The notes under the pieces are model-generated. The model saw nothing but the letters and a program-made list of their open reading frames with translations, did no database searches and had not been told where the DNA came from. A stretch of DNA of 64,000 nucleotides from an uncultured Bacteroidota bacterium. GTDB lineage: Bacteria; Bacteroidota; Bacteroidia; Bacteroidales; WCHB1-69. Within the stretch, counting starts at the first letter, position 1. Every line of letters starts with the position of its first letter. A program made the position numbers and the translations under genes. Of the stretch, positions 27,909 to 38,154 are shown piece after piece. The DNA lies in NCBI GenBank assembly GCA_902786595.1, contig CADADB010000004.1:105162-169161 (forward strand), read 5' to 3'.

Positions 27909-28352
27909 ATGAAAACCTATAATTTTAAGATTTACGGAAATAAATACGCCGTCGAAGTCGGTGAAATCGAAGACAACATGGTTGATGTGACCGTGAACGG
28001 CGCACCTTACAAGGTGGAACTGGATATGGAACTGAAACCCCGCACGGTGGTGAAACCCGTGGTGACGGTGGCCGCGCCTCCGAAGGCCCAAGCAGCCGCT
28101 CCCGCGCAGAAAGTGGCTCCCGCCGCTCCCACCGGTGGTGGCGGCACACTCAACTCACCGCTGCCCGGCACCGTTCTGGATGTGTTCGTGAGACCGGGCG
28201 ACGCTGTGAAGGTCGGCCAACGCCTCCTCCTCCTCGAAGCCATGAAGATGGAGAACAACATCGACGCTGACCGCGACGGTGTGATCAAAGAGGTGAAGGT
28301 CAACAAGAGCGACGCCGTCATGGAAGGCCAGGTGCTCGTGGTTTTTGAATAA
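27909..28352 (+). CDS. mmdC: Biotin carboxyl carrier subunit
   Basis: EAMKM biotinylation motif and Ala/Pro linker. Confidence 0.9.
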   Translation: MKTYNFKIYGNKYAVEVGEIEDNMVDVTVNGAPYKVELDMELKPRTVVKPVVTVAAPPKAQAAAPAQKVAPAAPTGGGGTLNSPLPGTVLDVFVRPGDAVKVGQRLLLLEAMKMENNIDADRDGVIKEVKVNKSDAVMEGQVLVVFE

Positions 28353-28382
28353 GGAATTTCATCATCATAAAAGATTGAGATT

Positions 28383-29528
28383 ATGTTAGAATTTTTCAAA
28401 GAAGGATTATTGCAATTCCTGAGCTATTCCGGTTTCGGAAACTGCACCTGGGGGCATATCATCATGATATGCATCGGCTTGGTGTTCATAGCTTTGGGAA
28501 TTATCAAGGAATATGAGCCGCTGCTGCTCGTGCCCATCGGATTCGGCATCATCATCGGTAACATCCCGTTCACCGATGGTCTGCAGGTGGGTGTTTATGA
28601 GAACGGCGCCGTGCTCAACTACCTCTATTTCGGTGTGGTCAAGGGTTTCTATCCTCCGTTGATCTTCCTCGGCATCGGGGCCATGACGGATTTCTCGGCC
28701 CTGATATCGAATCCGAAGCTGATTTTAATCGGTGCGGCCGCCCAGTTCGGTATCTTCGCGGCTTACATCACTGCCTTGTTGCTGGGTTTCACCCCCATGG
28801 AAGCTGGTGCTATCGGCATCATCGGTGGTGCTGACGGTCCCACCGCCATCTTCATCTCATCGAAGTTAGCTCCGAGCATGATGGGTGCCATTGCCGTGTC
28901 GGCCTACTCCTACATGGCATTGGTTCCGGTGATCCAACCCCCGATCATGCGCGCGCTGACCACCCCGCAAGAGCGACTCATCCGTATGCGTCCGCCTCGT
29001 GCGGTCAGCCATCGCGAGAAAGTGCTCTTCCCGATGATGTGTATCCTGCTCACCGCGTTCCTCGTGCCTACGGGTCTGCCTTTGTTGGGTATGCTCTTCT
29101 TCGGTAACCTGCTGAAAGAGAGCGGCGTGACCAAGCGTCTGGCCAATACCGCCTCAGGTCCGCTGGTCGATATCGTGACCATCCTCATCGGTCTCACTGT
29201 CGGTGCCTCCACACAGGCCACCAACTTCCTGAGACCCGCTTCCGTACTCATCTTCGTGTTAGGTGCATTCTCCTTCGTGATCGCCACCGCTTCAGGTGTG
29301 CTCTTCGTGAAGTTCTTCAACCTCTTCCTCAAAGGCGACAACAAGATCAACCCGCTTATCGGTAACGCCGGCGTTTCCGCCGTGCCCGATGCAGCACGTG
29401 TCTCCTTGGTCGAGGGTCAGAAATACGACCGCACCAACTTCCTGCTCATGCACGCCATGGGCCCGAACGTGGCCGGCGTCATCGGCAGCGCAGTGGCCGC
29501 AGGTATCCTGCTGAGCTTCTTGTACTAA
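28383..29528 (+). CDS. mmdB: Na+-translocating decarboxylase beta subunit
   Basis: EPLLLVPIGFG, IGIIGGADGPT, HAMGPNVAGVIGSA. Confidence 0.93.
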   Translation: MLEFFKEGLLQFLSYSGFGNCTWGHIIMICIGLVFIALGIIKEYEPLLLVPIGFGIIIGNIPFTDGLQVGVYENGAVLNYLYFGVVKGFYPPLIFLGIGAMTDFSALISNPKLILIGAAAQFGIFAAYITALLLGFTPMEAGAIGIIGGADGPTAIFISSKLAPSMMGAIAVSAYSYMALVPVIQPPIMRALTTPQERLIRMRPPRAVSHREKVLFPMMCILLTAFLVPTGLPLLGMLFFGNLLKESGVTKRLANTASGPLVDIVTILIGLTVGASTQATNFLRPASVLIFVLGAFSFVIATASGVLFVKFFNLFLKGDNKINPLIGNAGVSAVPDAARVSLVEGQKYDRTNFLLMHAMGPNVAGVIGSAVAAGILLSFLY

Positions 29529-29552
29529 GACGTGAGACGTAAGATTTAAGAT
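29526..29552. repeat. Heptamer array starting at the mmdB stop codon
   Basis: TAAGACG TGAGACG TAAGATT TAAGAT; same family as 16845 and 24107. Confidence 0.65.
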
Positions 29553-29555
29553 AAC

Positions 29556-29584
29556 AAAAAGGCATCCTTTCGGATGCCTTTTTT
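29556..29584. terminator. Bidirectional terminator
   Basis: AAAAAGGCATCC-TTTC-GGATGCCTTTTTT between convergent genes. Confidence 0.85.
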
Positions 29585-29585
29585 A

Positions 29586-32519
29586 TTATCGGCTCTCCAC
29601 AACCGTTTGTCGGCCGCAGAGATGCAAAAAATCGCAATTCTTGCAGTCATCGTCGTGCTCTGTCTGGGTGAAGGGGGTATCCGCATCAAAAATACGGATA
29701 AACAACTCGTTCAAACAATCCTTTAAAACAGATTTATACGTCAAGAGGTTGTCATCCTGAAAGATTTCCGCATTGAAGAGGTATTTAGGACGATTTTTGT
29801 TAACCTCACGAGTGCTAAGAATACATGCCTTCACTACAGACGCGGGTTCCTTAACAACATGCTCGTACATAAGCATATATATTGCAAGTTGGAAAAGTTT
29901 GTCGTATTTGCTGTCTTTAAAGACATTATCTATAACCTCTTTCTTGTCATCATCCTTCAAATCCGCATCCTTTTTCACGGTGAGACGAAGTTTGGATTCC
30001 TCCACCTTGCCAGTCTTGTAATCCAAAATCATGACCTCTCCATTCCCGTTCTTCTGCACACGGTCGATGCTGCCGGTCATTTTCACGGTGAAAGAAGGTT
30101 TTCCTTCTTCTGGAACAATCGTATAGTCCTGAATATCAATTTTCATCTCATTGGCGGTAATCCTCCACGGAGAGTTGAGAAGTTCCGTCTTTGCCTGTTC
30201 CAGATAGCTAACCACCGTTTCCTTGATGATGCGCCTGTTAATCAGCCAATACCCTTGGTTCAGTTCATTTCTGGACATAGACTCCCTGCCTTTCAGCTTG
30301 AGAATTTCGGCACAGACCAATTCGTCGCATTGATCGATATATTTCTGCAAAACAGAGGAATACAACTCCTTCTGACTCCCACATTTGATAATCTGATCGA
30401 AAGCAGCATTGAAAATTGCATGGATCACTGTACCCAACTCATTGGCTTCCAGGTGGTCGGACAAAGCCATCGGTTCCTGCACTTTCATCAAATAGCGAAG
30501 ACAGAACTTGAGAGGACAGAGGACGAACGTCTGCAAAGACGAGGCGGAAAAGGCGTGCTGGCGGAGTTTCTCAATCAGCTGGTCGCTTTTGGGAATGTTC
30601 AGAGCCGACCGAACCGGCAGCGAAAGTTCAAAATCAACCTTTTCATGCTGAATGTGGATAATGTCGGACAACTGCTGGTTCTTCACCTCATATTCCAATT
30701 GGGAAATAAAACGACTCTTTTCCGCCATGGTAGTGTCAGAGGAACTGTTGTAAATCAGCATCACATTTTCAGCCCTCTGCAACAGGCGGAAAAAGTGATA
30801 GGCATATACTTGATCTTGGTAAAGATAGTTGGGCAGCGCCTCCTTTCCATCGAACTTGTACTTGAAATCAAAGGGCAGCAAGGAATCGTAGGTGATACCA
30901 TGAGGAAGGACTCCCTCGTTGACGGAGAGCATGATGACATTCTTGAAGTCCATCATGCGGGTTTCCAACAATCCCATCACCTGCAAACCCGTGTCAGGAT
31001 CGCCCTTTATGGCAATGGAAAGATCGTTTGTCATCTTGGCCAAAGCAAATTTGACAAACGGGAAATCCACCTTTTCGTCCGGAGCAAACCAATGGTCAAA
31101 AAGAGATTGTAATTCTGACAACCTATGATTGATCTCCTGCCATAACTGCTTGTATTTCATTTCCGCAGTGACTGAATCCGCATACTGGCAGAAATGCATC
31201 AACAGGGCTGGGAAATGACGACCGATTTCTGATATCGGGCGGCATTCAAACAGCTCTTTGTGCGGAAGTTGCGAATATCGAATAACCGTAGGAAAATAAA
31301 TCGGAGTATTTGACTCGGTTCTAAGTAGCTCATGATTCCATAATTGCGCCAGCTGATCCCCGCTGAAGGAAAGTTCGGAATTATCATCCGCCGTAAGGGC
31401 GAAAGCAGATTCATAAACTGCCACCAAATGCTGCAAAAGCGAACATACCGGTGTGGCCGAGAAGGGAAATCCCATAGTTGCGTTAATATTCAGATCGTCA
31501 GGATTATAAGCCGACAAGAACGGTATCAGCAGCTCCTCGTCCGCCAGTACCACTGCCGTGTCTGACATATTCACCAGCCCATTTTCATCAATATGTTTCG
31601 CTTTGATTTTATCATTTTTGATGCGCTCTATTTCTTCTATCGCACAGTAGATTTGGCGCATATTCTGGGCCGTGGCCACAATCTTCACCTCTTTCGGAAC
31701 CGTGGCGTAATTATTCTCGGTAAATTCAAGCCGTTCAGGATTCAACTGCAGCTTTTCGCAATTGCGTTTGATGAAAAAGGATGGTTCCCGTTGGATTCGG
31801 GCCCCTGCGGACTGTTCCTCCAAATGGCAATAAAACGGGTCTATGTCAAAATAAAATTCCGTTTGGAAATGTTCCTGAAGATAACGCATAATCGTCAACT
31901 CGGCGGGTGAAAGCGCATAAAAACCGGCAAAGACCAGCCGCTTTAATGGGATTTTCTGTGCATACAGGGCGATGTTTTCGGCACAATCGCGATACATCAT
32001 GCCTTCGTATGCCTCACCGTTTTCTCTCAACTGCTTCACGAGCAATCCGTAAATCTCAGCAAGCAAATCATTGAATTTCAGTTTTTCCCGATCGCCTTCC
32101 GAAAGGGTTTCCTTGCTGAACGAAACTTCGAACTTTGCAGCATCGGCATATTCCTTCAGGATGTTCGGGACATCTTGCAACTGCATGTCCATATCGCTGA
32201 TATCCTTGAGAAACGTGCTCCCCCACGAGAGGATATTGTGCAGTTCGAAACGAGCTCCCGGAAAGTGGCAGGACACCGCGTGCAGGTTCAGCAACTGTGT
32301 TGTCTGGTCAATGACATGGAGCGGCGACAGCCAGTTAATAAAATCCTCCATCGGGAAAATCCGAGGCGCAAACATCGGGTTGTTGCCATTGGCCTCGTAC
32401 ATACCCTGCAGCAAGCGCCGCCGCGCACGACGGTTCGGCAAAATCACCGCGACATCGTGCAGGGGAATGCTGCGATTTTCAAGGAGTTTGTCGATAATAT
32501 GGTTCAGGAAAGGGGACAT
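29586..32519 (-). CDS. AddB/RexB-like protein with C-terminal PD-(D/E)XK nuclease
   Basis: VILPNRRA, GLQVMGLLETR, FSASSL...CP, GSIDRV, ILDYKTG, C-terminal CxxCxxxxxC. Confidence 0.87.
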   Translation of the reverse strand: MSPFLNHIIDKLLENRSIPLHDVAVILPNRRARRRLLQGMYEANGNNPMFAPRIFPMEDFINWLSPLHVIDQTTQLLNLHAVSCHFPGARFELHNILSWGSTFLKDISDMDMQLQDVPNILKEYADAAKFEVSFSKETLSEGDREKLKFNDLLAEIYGLLVKQLRENGEAYEGMMYRDCAENIALYAQKIPLKRLVFAGFYALSPAELTIMRYLQEHFQTEFYFDIDPFYCHLEEQSAGARIQREPSFFIKRNCEKLQLNPERLEFTENNYATVPKEVKIVATAQNMRQIYCAIEEIERIKNDKIKAKHIDENGLVNMSDTAVVLADEELLIPFLSAYNPDDLNINATMGFPFSATPVCSLLQHLVAVYESAFALTADDNSELSFSGDQLAQLWNHELLRTESNTPIYFPTVIRYSQLPHKELFECRPISEIGRHFPALLMHFCQYADSVTAEMKYKQLWQEINHRLSELQSLFDHWFAPDEKVDFPFVKFALAKMTNDLSIAIKGDPDTGLQVMGLLETRMMDFKNVIMLSVNEGVLPHGITYDSLLPFDFKYKFDGKEALPNYLYQDQVYAYHFFRLLQRAENVMLIYNSSSDTTMAEKSRFISQLEYEVKNQQLSDIIHIQHEKVDFELSLPVRSALNIPKSDQLIEKLRQHAFSASSLQTFVLCPLKFCLRYLMKVQEPMALSDHLEANELGTVIHAIFNAAFDQIIKCGSQKELYSSVLQKYIDQCDELVCAEILKLKGRESMSRNELNQGYWLINRRIIKETVVSYLEQAKTELLNSPWRITANEMKIDIQDYTIVPEEGKPSFTVKMTGSIDRVQKNGNGEVMILDYKTGKVEESKLRLTVKKDADLKDDDKKEVIDNVFKDSKYDKLFQLAIYMLMYEHVVKEPASVVKACILSTREVNKNRPKYLFNAEIFQDDNLLTYKSVLKDCLNELFIRIFDADTPFTQTEHDDDCKNCDFLHLCGRQTVVESR

Positions 32520-32650
32520 TGGCTGTTGGCTATTGGCTTTGGGCTATTAACTATAACAATAACTATGACTTTAAACTTAACTGTGGCTTTTAAACATCAT
32601 CGTCTCATCGCATCATCGTCTCATCGCATCATCGTCTCATCGTTTCATCG
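32519..32650. repeat. Composite intergenic array: heptamers, then hexamers, then a 16-mer x3
   Basis: TTGGCTG TTGGCTA TTGGCTT; AACTAT-like units; (CATCATCGTCTCATCG)x3. Confidence 0.8.
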
Positions 32651-33325
32651 TCACAGTTGCCAGTTAATCGGTGCCTTGCCCATTGACACCAGGATCTCGT
32701 TGGTGCGGGAGAAGTGGCGGCATCCGAAGAAACCGCGGGATGCGGAGAGCGGTGACGGGTGCGGAGCTGTGAGCACATAATGTTTGGACGTATCGATAAG
32801 ACGCTGTTTCTCAATGGCATAGTTACCCCAAAGCAGGAAGACAAGTCCTTCGCGTTGCTCCGAAAGCCGCTGGATGGCGCAGTCGGTAAAGGTTTCCCAT
32901 CCGTGACGCTGGTGCGAGCCCGCCTGATGTGCCCGTACGGTGAGTGTCGCGTTAAGCAGCAACACACCCTGGTTCGCCCACGCCTGCAGATTTCCGCTTC
33001 TTGGCGGGACAAAACCCACATCCGTGCTCAGCTCCTTGAAGATGTTCTGCAGCGACTTCGGAATCGGCACGCCATCCTGCACCGAAAAACACAAACCATG
33101 CGCCTGCCCTTCCCCATGATAGGGATCCTGTCCGATAATCACGACCTTCACCTTATCGAACGGTGTGGAATTGAACGCATTGAAAATCTTCGGTCCCGGC
33201 GGAAAGACAAGATAGTGTTTTTTCTCTTCCACCAAAAAGGCCTTCAGTTCCGCAAAATACGGAGCCTGGAATTGGTCCCAGAGGACTTTTTTCCAGGATT
33301 CGTCGATGTTTGGGTTTATAGCCAT
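32651..33325 (-). CDS. ung: Uracil-DNA glycosylase
   Basis: GQDPYH, GVLLLN, HPSPLS. Confidence 0.97.
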   Translation of the reverse strand: MAINPNIDESWKKVLWDQFQAPYFAELKAFLVEEKKHYLVFPPGPKIFNAFNSTPFDKVKVVIIGQDPYHGEGQAHGLCFSVQDGVPIPKSLQNIFKELSTDVGFVPPRSGNLQAWANQGVLLLNATLTVRAHQAGSHQRHGWETFTDCAIQRLSEQREGLVFLLWGNYAIEKQRLIDTSKHYVLTAPHPSPLSASRGFFGCRHFSRTNEILVSMGKAPINWQL

Positions 33326-33327
33326 AA

Positions 33328-34863
33328 TTAGTGCTTAAAGTGACGGACCCCCGTGAACACCATCGCGATCCCAAACTCGTTGCAGGCCTTGATTGAGTCT
33401 TCGTCGCGGACGCTGCCGCCGGGCTGGATAATGGCGGTAACGCCGTATTCCTTGGCCATCTTGACCACATCATCAAAGGGGAAGAAGGCGTCACTGGCGA
33501 GACAGAGATTCGCTGTAAGCCCTTTTGCCTTGGCTTCTTCGAGAGCGATATGGGCGGCGCCCACACGATTCATCTGTCCTGCGCCGACACCGGCAATGCA
33601 ACCGTTGCAGGCCACCGTAATGGCATTGGAGCGCACATGCTTGCATATCGTCATCGCGAGCTTCAGATTCTCCATCTCCTCTGCCGTGGGAGCTTTTTCC
33701 GTCACCACGTTAAGTTCGTAATCCTCAAAACGTTTACGGTCAAGGGATTGGCAAAGCAGACCGCCAGCCACGCTGACGTACATCCGCTCATCAGCGTTGG
33801 ATTTGTCGGTGCTGAAGGTCATCAATCGGATATTCTTCTTGGTGGAAAGATGGTCAAATGCCTCTTTGGTGAACGAAGGCGCGAGGATGATTTCGAGGAA
33901 GACGGGCTTCATCGCCTCGGCCGTCGGCAGATCGATTTCGCGGTTGGAGGCCACGATACCACCAAAGATGGAGACGCTATCGGCCTCGTATGCACGGGTC
34001 CAGGCCTCCAAAGCGGTTGCCCCGAGTCCCACACCACACGGGTTCTTGTGCTTCACGGCCACCATTGTCGGGCCGTCGAACTCGCGCAGAATCTGCAAGG
34101 CGGCATCTGCGTCTTGTATATTGTTGTACGACAACTCTTTACCATGCAGTTGCTCTGCCCAAGCCATGGAGAATCCCTGTTTCTTGCCGGCATAGAACGC
34201 AGCATCCTGATGAGGGTTTTCACCATAACGTAACGATTGTTTCTTGGTAAATGTAAGCGTCAGATTCTCAGGATATTCTTCACCTGTCTTTTCCGTCAGG
34301 TAAGTGGAAATATAGGTGTCGTATGCGGCAGTGTGGCGGAAGACTTTGGCGGCCAGACGACGGCGCGTTTCCAACGTTGTGTCACCATGGGCTTTGAGTT
34401 CGTCCAGCACGGTAGCATAGTCGGCATTATCGACCACCACCGTCACAAAAGCGTGGTTTTTTGCCGCACTGCGCAGCATGGAAGGGCCACCAATGTCGAT
34501 GTTCTCAATAGCATCCTCAAACGTAGTCCCTTCTTTCTCAATGGTTTGTTTGAAAGGATAGAGGTTCACTACCACCATATCAATGGGAGCAATGCCGTTG
34601 GTTTCCATCTCCTTGACATGCTCGGGGTTGGTGCGTACAGAGAGCAGACCGCCATGGACTTTGGGATGCAACGTCTTCACGCGCCCGTCCATAATTTCGG
34701 GAAAACCTGTTACATCACTGATGCCGATAGTCGGGACGCCAGCCGCATCCAACGCCTTGCGCGTGCCACCTGTGGATATGATTTCGTAACCTAATTTTAT
34801 AAGTTCCTGTGCGAAGGGCACTACACCTTCCTTGTTACTCACACTGATAATCGCTCTTTTCAT
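33328..34863 (-). CDS. purH: Bifunctional AICAR transformylase/IMP cyclohydrolase
   Basis: [41 protein letters not shown]. Confidence 0.96.
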   Translation of the reverse strand: MKRAIISVSNKEGVVPFAQELIKLGYEIISTGGTRKALDAAGVPTIGISDVTGFPEIMDGRVKTLHPKVHGGLLSVRTNPEHVKEMETNGIAPIDMVVVNLYPFKQTIEKEGTTFEDAIENIDIGGPSMLRSAAKNHAFVTVVVDNADYATVLDELKAHGDTTLETRRRLAAKVFRHTAAYDTYISTYLTEKTGEEYPENLTLTFTKKQSLRYGENPHQDAAFYAGKKQGFSMAWAEQLHGKELSYNNIQDADAALQILREFDGPTMVAVKHKNPCGVGLGATALEAWTRAYEADSVSIFGGIVASNREIDLPTAEAMKPVFLEIILAPSFTKEAFDHLSTKKNIRLMTFSTDKSNADERMYVSVAGGLLCQSLDRKRFEDYELNVVTEKAPTAEEMENLKLAMTICKHVRSNAITVACNGCIAGVGAGQMNRVGAAHIALEEAKAKGLTANLCLASDAFFPFDDVVKMAKEYGVTAIIQPGGSVRDEDSIKACNEFGIAMVFTGVRHFKH

Positions 34864-35028
34864 ATTTCTAAATTTCAAATAAAGTGCAAAGGTACACAAA
34901 TTTCGATTCAATTTTAGTCCAGAAAAAAAAGATAATCGAGAACGTATTTATTCTCACATTCATCTTACATGATAAAATTTACATGTCGGCAAAAGTACAT
35001 TTTTTTGCTACCTGTTGAGTTAATATGT

Positions 35029-35060
35029 AAAAAAAGAGACGCATGTCCTTGCGTCTCTTT
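35029..35060 (-). terminator. Terminator for the two lipoprotein genes
   Basis: AAAGAGACGCA-TGTCCT-TGCGTCTCTTT preceded by an A-tract. Confidence 0.65.
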
Positions 35061-35089
35061 AGGAGTGTAGTATATCGTATAACCTTGGA

Positions 35090-35614
35090 TTAGAAGGTGT
35101 ATTCCAAAGTGAACGTCAGACGATCCGGATGGGTGGAGATGAAATTCAGGAATTGTGCTTTCGAGCTGAACTGACCGACAGGCGCATCGTTGAGATCGCG
35201 GTCCTTCACCACACCATTCTCAATGTAGTGAATGTTCGGGACAGCACCGAAAATGATGGTACCCGTTTCGGGGAGTTCAGACTCGTTATAAACGATAGTT
35301 CCCTCGATTTTGGCGGTGAACGGAGTCTTGATTTCGAAAGCGGGGAGATTCCAAGGCGCGGAGACGTTGTTCACTTCCACAGTTTTACCCGTTGCGTCAA
35401 CATATTTGAGGTTGTAGTGGAAGTAAGGGGAAATTTGCAGCGTCTGACCATTTTGCTTGAAGGAGTCCTTCATCTGGTACTGGATGGTGATCTTTTTGTT
35501 GCCGCCAGTACCGCTACCGCCATTGTCGTCGCCGTTCTCACGGTTACAGGATATGGCCACCAGACCGCCCAGGCATATCGCCATCAGGATAAACAAGTGT
35601 CTTTTCATTTTCAT
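35090..35614 (-). CDS. Hypothetical lipoprotein
   Basis: Signal peptide with AISC lipobox and Gly/Asp-rich linker. Confidence 0.7.
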   Translation of the reverse strand: MKMKRHLFILMAICLGGLVAISCNRENGDDNGGSGTGGNKKITIQYQMKDSFKQNGQTLQISPYFHYNLKYVDATGKTVEVNNVSAPWNLPAFEIKTPFTAKIEGTIVYNESELPETGTIIFGAVPNIHYIENGVVKDRDLNDAPVGQFSSKAQFLNFISTHPDRLTFTLEYTF

Positions 35615-35641
35615 CTATATTTGAATGAGCCGACAGCGAGA

Positions 35642-36061
35642 TTAATCCTGTTTCAGGGTGCGGGACAAGACGAGCTCGTCCTGATTGGTGTCGCGGTTTG
35701 CGAGGAATAAGTTAATCTTGGTGCCGCCCATAAGGACGCCAGGATGACTTGCTCTGGCAGCTTCAACGGCATCGATGGCTTTGTTGAAAGCATTTTCAGC
35801 TCTCTTGCGGACCTCTTTTTTCTCGCCTTTGAACACATAGATGCCTGTGGTTTCCGTGTAGCTGTCTGCGCTCGCTTTCATGTTGTCAATGACAATTTGC
35901 TCAAACCACATGCGGTAGTTGTTGACTATTCCTTCCTCGGTGTTCGGATCGAGCTTGACGGAATATATCCAGTCGCCGTCCTCTACACGTCCGCAGGAGG
36001 AGAAAATACCAGTCATGGCCACGACGCAGCAAATCACTGCAATAGATAAGAACTTTTTCAT
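35642..36061 (-). CDS. Hypothetical lipoprotein
   Basis: Signal peptide with FSSC lipobox. Confidence 0.7.
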   Translation of the reverse strand: MKKFLSIAVICCVVAMTGIFSSCGRVEDGDWIYSVKLDPNTEEGIVNNYRMWFEQIVIDNMKASADSYTETTGIYVFKGEKKEVRKRAENAFNKAIDAVEAARASHPGVLMGGTKINLFLANRDTNQDELVLSRTLKQD

Positions 36062-36234
36062 TTTTTTAATTTTTTTGTGAACAATAAGGTGGATTAAATA
36101 TTTGATTATAAATCATTTACACATTTAGCACAACATAGAATAGCACTTTCAAAAGTGAAAGTGCAAAAATACATTTTTTTTTAATCATCTGTAATGTTAC
36201 TTTTTTTTAAAACTGTATGTAATATTGCTCTTTA

Positions 36235-36295
36235 CCGACGCTTGGAAGCGTCGGCTACTGCGATGTTTATTGCGACGCTTGGAAGCGTCACCTCC
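36235..36295 (-). repeat. Tandem pair of a second REP-like palindrome family
   Basis: Minus strand reads GGAGGTGACGCTTCCAAGCGTCGC and GTAGCCGACGCTTCCAAGCGTCGG. Confidence 0.65.
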
Positions 36296-38154
36296 TAGAA
36301 CTGGAAGTAGATAAACGGCTGCAAATCCGCCGTGACGAACTGGTAGAGCACAAAGACGGCCACGACCACGATGAGACCCATGAGCCAAAGCGGGAGCATG
36401 GCGAAGTTGATGCGGTACCAGCGTTTCCAACGGTCGGGGAGCCAGTGGATGACCATGCCGAGAACGAACATGATGAAGACGAACTTGTAGTTGGCAATGA
36501 TGTCGGGGATGGCCGCGACGTTCCATTGCCCGCCTATACTGTTGACCATCGCCTTGGCGGTCTCCCACGCCGTCTCATTCGCGGTGGCCGGATCGAGGTT
36601 GGAACCGGAACGGAAGAACAACCGCGTGAACGAGATGAAGACGAATGTCTGGATGATGCCCCACGTCTTGTCTAACCACTCCACCGTCTTGTCGGGCTTG
36701 ATGAGCGTGAAGATGGTCTTGATGAGCGTTCCCACGAACCATACGCCGCTCCACACCACGCCGATCATCAGCGCGGGATGCGGCCACAAGTGGTTGGTGA
36801 TCAGGAAGGTGACGAATATCACGGTGGCGATGGTGCTGCGCACGAGCATATTGCCGTGTCGCCAGATTTTGTACGACAGGATGCCGATGCCGTTCAAGCC
36901 GCCCCAAATCATGAAGTTCCACGAGGCACCGTGCCACAAGCCGCCTAATAGCATGGTGTTCATCATGTTGAGGTTGGTGCTGATCTTCAGACGCGCCTTC
37001 TTACTCACTAATGAGGCCACGAGCAACGCCAGCGCGATGCCGCCAATAATACAGGTAATCACCACGCTCTTGGTGAGCAGGATGATGACGGCCGCGATGA
37101 GCGAGATGCAGAGGTAGGTGCCGAACGTGGCGTTACGGTTGCCGCCCAATGGGATGTAGAGGTAGTCTTTCAGCCAGTTGGAGAGGGAAATGTGCCACCG
37201 CTTCCAGAAGTTGCCTGGGTTGGTGGCCTTGTACGGCGAGTTGAAGTTCTTGGGCAGGTAGAAGCCCATCAGCATGGCCACACCGATGGCAATGTCGGTG
37301 TAGCCCGAGAAGTCGGCATAGACCTGCAATGAATAGACGAACAGCGCAGAAAGGTTCTCGAACGCAGTGAACAACGACGGGTTGTTGAAGACCCTATCAA
37401 CGAAGTTGACCGCAAGGTAGTCGCTCATAATCAGCTTCTTGGCCAATCCGTTGAGAATCCAGAAGACGGCGATGCCGAACTGCCGGCGGGTGAGGAAGAA
37501 CTTCTTGTAAAGCTGCGGCACGAATTGGTCAGCTCGCACGATAGGGCCAGCGACCAACTGCGGGAAAAACGACACGTAGAACCCAAAGTCGAGGATGTTG
37601 GAAACGTGCGCAATCTTCCGTTTATAGACATCCACCAAATAGCTGATATTCTGGAAAGTATAGAATGAAATGCCGACGGGAAGCAATATTTTGGAAGCAT
37701 CGAAATAGTTCGTGCCCGTCCAATTATTGGTCCACTGTGCGAGCCAGTTGATGACCTCATGCTCGCTGCCTACAATCGTATTGTAAGCATCGGTGCAAAA
37801 ATAGGCATACTTAAAATAGAAGAGTATCAGCAAGTTGATGACCACACCCGAAATCATGAACGTCTTGCGCCAACCGTTTCGCTGCGACTTGTCCATGAAA
37901 ACACCGAGGAAGTAGTCTAAGAAGGTGTCAAACAGCAAGATAAGGACAAAGAGACCAGAGGTTTTGTAGTAGAAAAGCAAGCTGACGAAGAAGAGGAACG
38001 TATTGCGTAACAACCGTTTGCGATGGAATAGCGCGAAGAAGGCGAACACGATGGCGAAGAATGCCCAGAAGTTGAACTGGGTGAAGAGCAACGGATGCGT
38101 CTCATCGAACGAGAACAGGTTGATCAGAAATTGCGAAACGTTCTCCCAGGTCAT
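36295..38154 (-). CDS. MBOAT family O-acyltransferase (AlgI/PatA-like)
   Basis: LPVGISFYTFQ, FFPQLVAGPIVRA, DFSGYTD, FWKRWHISLS, GLWHGA, FIYFQF. Confidence 0.93.
   Translation of the reverse strand: MTWENVSQFLINLFSFDETHPLLFTQFNFWAFFAIVFAFFALFHRKRLLRNTFLFFVSLLFYYKTSGLFVLILLFDTFLDYFLGVFMDKSQRNGWRKTFMISGVVINLLILFYFKYAYFCTDAYNTIVGSEHEVINWLAQWTNNWTGTNYFDASKILLPVGISFYTFQNISYLVDVYKRKIAHVSNILDFGFYVSFFPQLVAGPIVRADQFVPQLYKKFFLTRRQFGIAVFWILNGLAKKLIMSDYLAVNFVDRVFNNPSLFTAFENLSALFVYSLQVYADFSGYTDIAIGVAMLMGFYLPKNFNSPYKATNPGNFWKRWHISLSNWLKDYLYIPLGGNRNATFGTYLCISLIAAVIILLTKSVVITCIIGGIALALLVASLVSKKARLKISTNLNMMNTMLLGGLWHGASWNFMIWGGLNGIGILSYKIWRHGNMLVRSTIATVIFVTFLITNHLWPHPALMIGVVWSGVWFVGTLIKTIFTLIKPDKTVEWLDKTWGIIQTFVFISFTRLFFRSGSNLDPATANETAWETAKAMVNSIGGQWNVAAIPDIIANYKFVFIMFVLGMVIHWLPDRWKRWYRINFAMLPLWLMGLIVVVAVFVLYQFVTADLQPFIYFQF

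Noticed and set aside
29586-32519. Cas4-like or defence nuclease
   Set aside because: Length and motifs fit the housekeeping AddB-like repair protein of Bacteroidetes.
35029-35060. Seventh copy of the 28-nt REP
   Set aside because: It shares AGAGACGCA..TGCGTCTCT but lacks GTAG/CTAC ends and has an A-tract; better explained as a terminator, though REP ancestry is possible.
34864-35089. ZMP/pfl riboswitch upstream of purH
   Set aside because: A TACCTTTG promoter motif lies about 25-30 nt from the start codon, leaving no room, and no conserved structure is evident.
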